Below, piece after piece: positions 57,101 to 64,000 of a stretch of 64,000 nucleotides of DNA. The position numbers and the translations under genes are program-made. Under the pieces are notes generated by a model, which did no database searches, was not told where the DNA came from, and worked only from the letters and a program-made list of their open reading frames with translations. Numbering within the stretch: the first letter of the stretch is position 1; each line of letters opens with the position of its first letter. Location: positions 1 through 64,000 of the IMG/VR virus record IMGVR_UViG_3300017917_001996; one strand, given 5' to 3'.

Positions 57101-57553
57101 ATGGACCAACATCAACAGGCTCAACAAGAAAAAAGACAGCGTATTAAAAACGCTGCACATAGAATGATTTTTGTTACCTTTCAGAAAGAAGGTATTCACA
57201 TGTACCCAGCGGCAGCTACTGACCCTGCACTAAAGACAGGCGACCAGTATGATGTTAGCTTTCTAGGAACTCCACATCGTCACATCTTTCATTTTAATGT
57301 GGCGATTGAAGTATTTCACAATGACAGAGATTTGGAATTTATACAGGTTAAACGCTGGCTAGAGAACCTCTATGCCGGTGGTACACTTGAACTGAATTAC
57401 AAGAGTTGTGAAATGATTAGCGACGACCTCTATGAAGTTATTGCTACTCGATATCCCGATCGTAATATCGAAATTACTGTGTCCGAAGATAATGAAAACG
57501 GCGCTACGATTTATTACAACACAACTGAACCTTATCAAAAACTCGCTATTTAA
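57101..57553 (+). CDS. QueD/PTPS-like T-fold enzyme
   Basis: EGIH, PHRHIFHF, SCEMIS, VSED. Confidence 0.75.
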   Translation: MDQHQQAQQEKRQRIKNAAHRMIFVTFQKEGIHMYPAAATDPALKTGDQYDVSFLGTPHRHIFHFNVAIEVFHNDRDLEFIQVKRWLENLYAGGTLELNYKSCEMISDDLYEVIATRYPDRNIEITVSEDNENGATIYYNTTEPYQKLAI

Positions 57554-57568
57554 AAGGAATTAAACAAA

Positions 57569-57805
57569 ATGGCAAAAGATTTTAAAAAGTATTTCGTTAT
57601 GAAACCCGAAGTTACTCGTATCTTTGACGAGTTGGATCGCTATCGCCAATTCTGCATAGAATTTGGCTATGTGTTTAACGAGGCTCATTTAGGTAATGAT
57701 CATAGTCCGTATAACGATTTCCAAAGATACCAACAAGGTAGGAATCCCCGTGACAATTGGGGTTGGGCTATCAAACAAGGGCGCCGTAACTACGTTGAGA
57801 ATTAA
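57569..57805 (+). CDS. Hypothetical protein
   Basis: AAGGA RBS. Confidence 0.65.
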   Translation: MAKDFKKYFVMKPEVTRIFDELDRYRQFCIEFGYVFNEAHLGNDHSPYNDFQRYQQGRNPRDNWGWAIKQGRRNYVEN

Positions 57806-57833
57806 TAATGCGTAAGTTTTGTCATTAGAACCT

Positions 57834-57881
57834 TATAAAATCCTTCTTGTAATATAAATACATTATGCGGAGGATTTTATA
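57834..57881 (+). promoter_or_regulatory. RBS-sequestering hairpin with a late promoter TATAAATA at its loop
   Basis: TATAAAATCCT/AGGATTTTATA stem covers GGAGG and the A of ATG; TATAAATA at 57853-57860. Confidence 0.8.
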
Positions 57882-58615
57882 TGGGTAAACGAACACATGG
57901 AAAAAATACTGAAATAGTTCTTGCAGAAATAAAAAAAATACACGGCGAAAAATTTCTTTACGACAAATTTCAGTATGTAAATTGCAAAACTAAAGTTAGT
58001 GTTGGTTGCAAAGTTCACGGTTATTTCGAAAAATACCCTAACGATTTGAAAAGAATCAATGGAGGTTGCCCTCGTTGCAACAATAGTTTTTTTAAAACAG
58101 ATAATGAATTTAAAGTTGAACTACTGAATAAATTTCCGAATTATATGTATGATGGAACATATAAAAATGCTAAAACAAAATTATTTTTTACATGTTTGGA
58201 ACATCAACATAGTTTTAGTTCAACACCAAATTCTATATTACTCGGACATACAGGATGCATAGATTGTTATGCAAACAAACAAATACAAACTAGAGTACTC
58301 AAAGGACAAATGACCGACCCATTATTAAAATCAGACTATGAAAATTATAGACGTGCTGTATGGAAATTTTCAAATAGGTCATTCAAAAAATATATGACTG
58401 GACAAAAAAGAGATAGACAAAATCACTTAGACCATATACTATCGATAGTAGATGGGTATAATAATAAAGTTCCTGCAGAGATTGTTGGAAGCATTCATAA
58501 CCTAAGAATTATAAGTGGTACATCCAATAGAAATAAGAGTTATAAAAGCTATATATCGGTAGAAGAATTGCTTGAAAGGTTTAATAATGAGAAAATTATT
58601 GTACATGGGGCTTGA
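57881..58615 (+). mobile_element. Zn-finger/HNH homing endonuclease
   Basis: CKVHG...CPRC, CLEH...CIDC, HLDHILS...NLRII...NRNK. Confidence 0.8.
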
Positions 58616-59798
58616 AAAATATAAGTCCCGTTACACGTATCAATTGCAAGAATGGAATCGTGCAGTGTTCGAACGTAGGGGCATCAACTACGTTATCGTC
58701 CCAGGTGAAACACTGAGTAACGATCAAGCCATTGTTACAGGACAAGTATTAGATGCACATGGCCGCACATACTTTGGTATGAGTCAGCTAATGAACCTGG
58801 TACGTATGATGAAGGCAGGAGAAGTTACCAATGAAGATGTTATCTACTTTGAAGACATGTTTCAACCCGGTATCGAAAGTCTACCTTACATATTTGATCA
58901 AATCCCTAGTAATCTACGGCCCCGTGTGTATGTTCGCTGTCTTGCTCAGTCCATTGATCCTGACGATTTTGTACATGTATGGGGTATGGCGAAGTGGATG
59001 GGACTCTACGAACAAATGGTTAATGAATTCGTGGACGGAGTTCTCGCCTCGAACGAAGAAATGGTTGCTCATATGCGTATTGCTGGATGGCGTGCTCCTA
59101 TCTACAATATTTCTGGCCTAGCATTTGGTAAGGACGAAGTTATCGGTAGGGTCGGTGGACTAGACCGCATCCAGGACTTTAGGACTCGTAGTTATCGTGT
59201 AGGCTTTGCTGCTCGCTGGGATCAAGAAAAGCAACCCGACTTTTACATGGACTTAATTGAAGCATATAATTCTCACAAGGCCCAACTCAAGCAAACACAC
59301 GAAATTACATTACCTGATGTAGAATTTGCTGTGTATAGCGGCGGTAAACTAAAGAGCAACAACGATAGTTACATGCAACGTACACGTTCTATGCAAGAGC
59401 AAGGTTTGCTTACTGTATACGAGGACTTAGAAAAAAATGACTACTATAATCTGCTTAATGATACTCGCGTGTTGTTCAATTGTGCTTTACAAGACTGGGT
59501 TAGCAACACGGTATCCGAGGCTGATGCTCTTGGGTGCAATGTACTATATCCTGCTTATCGTAGCTTCCCCGAGACTTTCAGCAACGACCCAGAGCGACTA
59601 TACGTACCCTGGAGCATACCAGATGCGTTGGACAAGTTGCTGAAACTGCTTAAAGAGCCACATAAGAACCAAGGTAAAATTAGTGATTGGACCAATGGCA
59701 CTGTTGATCGTATTTGCGATATTATGGATGGTAAAGGCGAGCAATGGCTACGTATGAGTACAGATTACCGTAAACATACAAACGAATCCAAATTTTAA
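58587..59798 (+). CDS. GT-B glycosyltransferase, possibly DNA-modifying
   Basis: FAARWDQEKQP, QDWVSNTVSEA, YRSFPE. Confidence 0.75.
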   Translation: MRKLLYMGLEKYKSRYTYQLQEWNRAVFERRGINYVIVPGETLSNDQAIVTGQVLDAHGRTYFGMSQLMNLVRMMKAGEVTNEDVIYFEDMFQPGIESLPYIFDQIPSNLRPRVYVRCLAQSIDPDDFVHVWGMAKWMGLYEQMVNEFVDGVLASNEEMVAHMRIAGWRAPIYNISGLAFGKDEVIGRVGGLDRIQDFRTRSYRVGFAARWDQEKQPDFYMDLIEAYNSHKAQLKQTHEITLPDVEFAVYSGGKLKSNNDSYMQRTRSMQEQGLLTVYEDLEKNDYYNLLNDTRVLFNCALQDWVSNTVSEADALGCNVLYPAYRSFPETFSNDPERLYVPWSIPDALDKLLKLLKEPHKNQGKISDWTNGTVDRICDIMDGKGEQWLRMSTDYRKHTNESKF

Positions 59799-59824
59799 CT
59801 AAATATAGTATATAGGTGATTAAA

Positions 59825-60130
59825 ATGAAAAGACTTGGATCAATTTTAGGTTTAGCAGTTTTAATAGCAGTACTACCTGCTTGTGCTCAACATCACCATC
59901 ATCAGCATCCTGCATATCGTCACTATAATCATAGCCATAGTCACAATAGTTGGATTGCACCTTTTATACTCGGTGCAGGTGCCACTTATATACTAACTCG
60001 CCCAGCACAACCTGCTGTTCAACCACAAATTGTTATACAGCCAGGGCAGCATATCATTTGTCAACCCGTTCAGGTATACAATTCGTACCGAGGTATGTAC
60101 GAAATCCGACAACAATGTTGGGCACAATAA
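59825..60130 (+). CDS. His-rich small exported protein
   Basis: Signal peptide, HHHHQH, hydrophobic WIAPFILG segment. Confidence 0.6.
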   Translation: MKRLGSILGLAVLIAVLPACAQHHHHQHPAYRHYNHSHSHNSWIAPFILGAGATYILTRPAQPAVQPQIVIQPGQHIICQPVQVYNSYRGMYEIRQQCWAQ

Positions 60131-60134
60131 TTAG

Positions 60135-60158
60135 AGCAACCGCAAGGTTGCTTTTTTT
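60135..60158 (+). terminator. Intrinsic terminator
   Basis: AGCAACC-GCAA-GGTTGCT-TTTTTT. Confidence 0.88.
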
Positions 60159-60182
60159 ATTCTGTCAAGCTAAAATATTTCC

Positions 60183-61163
60183 ATGAACAAACGAGTTATT
60201 ATTACCGGAGCCATGGGCTTCATTGGTAGCCATACCGCCAAAATATTTAAGGAAGCCGGTTATCACGTTATCGGTGTTGACCACGCCCAGACCATACCAC
60301 AAGCGTCAATATATATAGATCAACTGTTTACTGATGACTTTGTCAAAATTACTGCCGCGGCTGCGACAGTCAACGACGTTGATGCAATTATTCATTGCGC
60401 CGGTACAAGCCTAGTAGGCCCAAGTATTAAACATCCTCACTTATATTTTTGGAACAACGGCTGTAAAACAAACGATCTGCTCGAAGGCTTACAAAAAAAC
60501 AATTGGCATGGTAAGTTTATCTTTAGTAGCAGTGCTGCCGTCTATGGCGTACCCGAAGGTAACAGGCCATTATTTGAAACAGATCACTTAGCGCCTATTA
60601 GTCCGTACGGAAAAAGTAAATGGATCTGTGAAGAAATAATTCACGATCATTGCCATGCACACAAATTCAAAGGCATTGCTTTACGTTACTTTAATGCCAG
60701 CGGTTGCGACCCAGATGGAACATTAGGCCATGTCATTGACGATACCCACATGATTCCTAGAGTATTAAGTGCATATCGACGCGGCGAAACATTTACCCTT
60801 TATGGCAATGACTACAGCACCCGAGATGGCACTTGTGTTCGAGATTATCTACACGTTGTTGATATTGCAAGAGCACATTTAGAAGCAGTATGTCTAGCTG
60901 ATTCTATGCTCAAAGGCGAATTCCGTGCTTACAATTTAGGTACTGGCCAAGGGCATAGTAATAAAGAAATTATCTGGTCTTGTAATTGGGCTGTTAGAGA
61001 TAAGATTAATTTCGTTATCGGTCCTAGACGCATCGGCGATCCAGATTATCTAGTTGCCAACAGCGATTGTTTTCAACAAGATACAAGTTGGCGTCCGGAT
61101 AATAGCAGTATTGAAAATATTGTAACCACAGCCTGGGCTTGGGAACGTAAACATGGGTCTTAA
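60183..61163 (+). CDS. galE: UDP-glucose 4-epimerase
   Basis: TGAMGFIGSH, FSSSAAVYG, YGKSK, LRYFN, DGTCVRDYLHV. Confidence 0.9.
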   Translation: MNKRVIITGAMGFIGSHTAKIFKEAGYHVIGVDHAQTIPQASIYIDQLFTDDFVKITAAAATVNDVDAIIHCAGTSLVGPSIKHPHLYFWNNGCKTNDLLEGLQKNNWHGKFIFSSSAAVYGVPEGNRPLFETDHLAPISPYGKSKWICEEIIHDHCHAHKFKGIALRYFNASGCDPDGTLGHVIDDTHMIPRVLSAYRRGETFTLYGNDYSTRDGTCVRDYLHVVDIARAHLEAVCLADSMLKGEFRAYNLGTGQGHSNKEIIWSCNWAVRDKINFVIGPRRIGDPDYLVANSDCFQQDTSWRPDNSSIENIVTTAWAWERKHGS

Positions 61164-61167
61164 TACC

Positions 61168-61196
61168 TTGACTACGCAATCTAAATACTGTACAAT
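61168..61196 (+). promoter_or_regulatory. Sigma70-like promoter with nested CTAAATA
   Basis: TTGACT-N17-TACAAT. Confidence 0.7.
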
Positions 61197-61239
61197 TAAT
61201 ATAACGACATCCTCGTCGTAAACTCGGAGAAAAACTATA

Positions 61240-61323
61240 ATGACTGAAAAAAATCTAGCACAAGTCCTTCGCGAACGCATGAAGGCCAACGGCAAACGAT
61301 TCTGGGCCGGTGATAATGTATAA
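61240..61323 (+). pseudogene. N-terminal remnant of a displaced phage-type folE
   Basis: GGAG RBS; MTEKNLAQVLRERMKANGKRFWAGDNV*, truncated where TATAAATA begins. Confidence 0.6.
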
Positions 61324-61389
61324 ATACCATTGCTACACAAAGGTAGCAAACTTTTTAAAATTAACATCCGTGTAAGGAAGGATACAAAT

Positions 61390-62073
61390 ATGTCGTATAA
61401 CAAAACAAAAACCGACCCAGTATTGGGTAAAGCAGTACATGAGCATTTGGTAAAATGTGGTGTAGAAACTCCTACAGTTCCTAACGACATTGATCGTAAA
61501 GACAAGATTGAGCAGATCGAAAGTCACTTTACAGAAATCATGAAGATAATGGGCCTGGATCTCAACGACGACAGTTTAATCGAAACACCCAAGCGTGTGG
61601 CAAAAATGTATGTCAATGAAATCTTTTGGGGGTTGGACTACGAAGCATTTCCAAAATGCACAGCAGTAGAAAACAAAATGAAGTACGATGAAATGGTCAT
61701 TGAACGCAACGTCAATGTTCAGAGTAACTGTGAACATCACTTTGTTGTAATTGATGGACTAGCAACTGTGGCCTATATTCCTAATCAAAAGGTTTTAGGT
61801 CTTAGCAAAATCAATCGTGTAGTGGAATACTTCTCTAAGCGTCCGCAGATTCAAGAACGATTAACTGAACAGATCTATCACGCACTACAATACATTCTTG
61901 GCACAGACAATATCGCTGTAGTTGTCGATGCTCAACACTATTGTGTGAAAAGTCGAGGTGTTGAAGATGTCGGATCAAGTACAGTCACCAGCAAGTTAGG
62001 TGGTGTATTTAAATCCGATCCTGCTGTGCGTAACGAGTTTATGAACATTGTTAATGCTTGTAAAACAAAATAA
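61390..62073 (+). CDS. folE: GTP cyclohydrolase I
   Basis: ETPKRVAKMY, SNCEHH, GLSKINR, RPQIQERLT, HYCVKSRG. Confidence 0.95.
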   Translation: MSYNKTKTDPVLGKAVHEHLVKCGVETPTVPNDIDRKDKIEQIESHFTEIMKIMGLDLNDDSLIETPKRVAKMYVNEIFWGLDYEAFPKCTAVENKMKYDEMVIERNVNVQSNCEHHFVVIDGLATVAYIPNQKVLGLSKINRVVEYFSKRPQIQERLTEQIYHALQYILGTDNIAVVVDAQHYCVKSRGVEDVGSSTVTSKLGGVFKSDPAVRNEFMNIVNACKTK

Positions 62074-62074
62074 G

Positions 62075-62680
62075 TTATCTACCTAAAAACTTATAATCGT
62101 ATCTCTTTTTAAGTAGATACGGTGTAGTGTTAAAATGTCGTGATGCGGCTCCTATAGTAGGAAAGGTTATGCCTTCGACTACTATAGGGCGAACATTAGG
62201 ATTGTTATTATTTTGACTCATCCTTTTTCGCTGTGCTGGATCTTTCATTGGATTGTTTTCTACCATGCGTTTACGAACTTGTTCAATAATTTCTGGTGTA
62301 GAAAAAATGTTATCTTTCCCTCTTTTGTAAGATCCTCGGGCTTTACGAGTAGCAGACATCTTAACATACGATTCCGGAGTGCAGTATATTTGTGGGGTTG
62401 GACACTTGGAAGTATCATACTTGGCATTAAACAATTTATAGGCATACATCATTCTGTATCGGTTTGCACCCTTAACCATTTCAATTAACAGTCTATGACA
62501 TACTCTGTGTTCTTTGTAGGTAAGCACCACAAGATTACTCGGATCATCTGTGCCGCCAAATGACCGTGGAATGATGTGATGCGTTTGAAATCCATCATTT
62601 CGTTCTTTAAGGTGATTACGCTGAATAGAACGATTGATTATTCTATAATAAACCTTGGTGTATTTGTTATCTAAAAACAT
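62075..62680 (-). mobile_element. HNH homing endonuclease
   Basis: HHIIPRSFGGTDDPSNLVVLTYKEHRVCH; C-terminal DNA-binding-like repeats. Confidence 0.85.
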
Positions 62681-62741
62681 TGACTCTTCCTATATGATAT
62701 GTTAAACTTAAATATATTTATCAAAATGGATGTTGTGACAA

Positions 62742-62855
62742 ATGAATAAACTTACACAAACCACTGTACTGCACGGCGCATTCCGTACTGATCCAAGCGT
62801 TAAAAAAGAGTTTATGGACAATATTAAGCTACAGCAAGACTGGGCTCCACGTTAA
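62742..62855 (+). pseudogene. C-terminal remnant of a displaced folE
   Basis: LTQTTVLHGAFRTDPSVKKEFMDNI aligns with the FolE C-terminus STVTSKLGGVFKSDPAVRNEFMNIV. Confidence 0.8.
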
Positions 62856-62871
62856 TTAGAAAGGACTTAAC

Positions 62872-63549
62872 ATGACCGCTATTGTTTATCGAGGTGCTGC
62901 TGCTATTAACCAAGCCATGGGCCGTGTCTATGGACACATGGCTGCGGCTATTTTTACCAGCATGGTTATTAGTTATCTAGTAGGAACTTCCGCTGCATTG
63001 ATGGAATTTTTCTTTACTGGATTTACCAAGTGGGTTGTAATCTTTGCACCCTTGGCATTTATATTTTTAGTTCCTATTTTGCTCAATGCAGGACTTCCTA
63101 AAATCGGTAAGGTGCTGACCTTGCACGCCTTTGCTGGCCTTATGGGCTTGAGCTTTGCCACTATCTTTGCAGTCTACACCATGGGCAGTATTGTTAGTGC
63201 ATTTATGAGTGGTGCCGTGTTGTTTGGGGTTATGAGCTTGTATGGTTACTTTACCAAGCAGAGCCTAGACAGCCTTGGCAAGTATTTGCTAGTAGGCCTA
63301 ATTGCAATTATCATTGCCAGCATTATCAATATCTTTGTTGGCAGCACTGTAGCACAAATGGTAATCAGCGCCATTGCTATTCTTATCTTCCTGGGCCTTA
63401 CTGCCTACGATACACAACAAATTAGAGAAATGGTAATGACTGACTCCGACGACAGTGTTGAGATTTCTGGTGCGCTAACTTTGTATCTGGATTTCATTAA
63501 CTTGTTCCTGAGTCTGCTGCAACTATTCGGAAATAAAAAGGATGATTAA
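62872..63549 (+). CDS. Bax inhibitor-1/YccA family membrane protein
   Basis: 7 TM helices; TAYDTQQI, GALTLYLDFINLFLSLL. Confidence 0.92.
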   Translation: MTAIVYRGAAAINQAMGRVYGHMAAAIFTSMVISYLVGTSAALMEFFFTGFTKWVVIFAPLAFIFLVPILLNAGLPKIGKVLTLHAFAGLMGLSFATIFAVYTMGSIVSAFMSGAVLFGVMSLYGYFTKQSLDSLGKYLLVGLIAIIIASIINIFVGSTVAQMVISAIAILIFLGLTAYDTQQIREMVMTDSDDSVEISGALTLYLDFINLFLSLLQLFGNKKDD

Positions 63550-63551
63550 AA

Positions 63552-63764
63552 ATGACTAAAAATAAACCAGCGATTAACAAGATCAGCGACAAGCTAACCA
63601 AAGTTGGCGATTCATTTACAGTAACCATGTATGACAATGGTTTTATGTTTGAGATCGGCGGACGTAACGAAAACGACGACTGGTCAAATGCCCGTTTGAT
63701 TTGCTCTAACCTAGACGATCTTGTTACACTAATAATGGAAGCTATCGAAGCTGAAAGAGATTAA
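63552..63764 (+). CDS. Hypothetical protein
   Basis: Tightly packed ORF. Confidence 0.65.
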   Translation: MTKNKPAINKISDKLTKVGDSFTVTMYDNGFMFEIGGRNENDDWSNARLICSNLDDLVTLIMEAIEAERD

Positions 63765-63766
63765 CT

Positions 63767-64000
63767 ATGGCACTTTGGACTATATGCCCATCTGAAACAT
63801 ATCGAGCTGTAACCGAAATACAGCTATGGAAAAAATTTGATTACGAGTTAATCAGAGAAGAAACATACGATTGGGCTGAGTTTGAAGTTAATTCAGATAC
63901 CGAACCCATGGTTAACTTAAAAAACGATTACGGTTATAAAGTTAACCATGATCCAAACTATAGTTGGAGTTTAACACAATTAGTGCAAACAAGACCCGAA
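63767..64000 (+). CDS. Partial hypothetical protein (3' truncated)
   Basis: ATG at 63767, open to the window end. Confidence 0.55.
   Translation, partial: MALWTICPSETYRAVTEIQLWKKFDYELIREETYDWAEFEVNSDTEPMVNLKNDYGYKVNHDPNYSWSLTQLVQTRPE

Noticed and set aside
61323-62750. Group I intron or intein splitting folE
   Set aside because: The insert holds a complete folE and an antisense HNH, the flanking remnants lack the whole catalytic middle, and I saw no intron core or intein motifs
593-63161. Many short antisense or alternate-frame ORFs in the track (e.g. 1601-1873, 14282-14731, 25986-26567, 35001-35456, 61050-61505)
   Set aside because: They are shadows of well-supported genes, with no RBS or recognisable motifs
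1-64000. Stop-codon reassignment
   Set aside because: Standard-code ORFs tile the window densely and known proteins are full length

Overview
This is a gene-dense, AT-rich segment of a large T4-like or jumbo myovirus genome, probably an aquatic phage of Proteobacteria. Support for this comes from a family B DNA polymerase, a putative sliding clamp and clamp loader, T4-type late promoters (TATAAATA/CTAAATA), sigma70-type promoters, tail fibres and a GH19 lysin/spanin/holin cassette. In order, the window holds: (1) a minus-strand LuxR-headed operon of coiled-coil, collagen-like and Tyr-rich proteins plus a papain-like protease; (2) ahpC, a DOPA dioxygenase and ahpD; (3) a curli (type VIII secretion) module (csgF, csgG, two curlin-repeat proteins, FecR) followed by a CHASE2 adenylate cyclase; (4) several HNH homing endonucleases; (5) tail and structural genes; (6) replication and chaperone genes; (7) a self-contained ParB-like/nuclease cassette; (8) phoH, lysis genes, dnaJ and clpA; (9) a cluster of probable capsid-packaged proteins, including a 1019-aa polyprotein whose unrelated modules are joined by a linker conserved at nucleotide level (CAAGGTGTGGCGGAAG, QGVAE); (10) dps, a metallothionein-like peptide and a structured intergenic RNA; (11) a 7-deazaguanine DNA-modification cluster (DpdA/TGT-like, QueD-like, FolE) interleaved with a glycosyltransferase, galE and a restriction-like nuclease. 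In that last cluster the original folE appears to have been replaced in situ by a folE+HNH cassette. I saw no tRNA, rRNA or CRISPR array. All family calls come from motifs recognised by eye, not from database searches.
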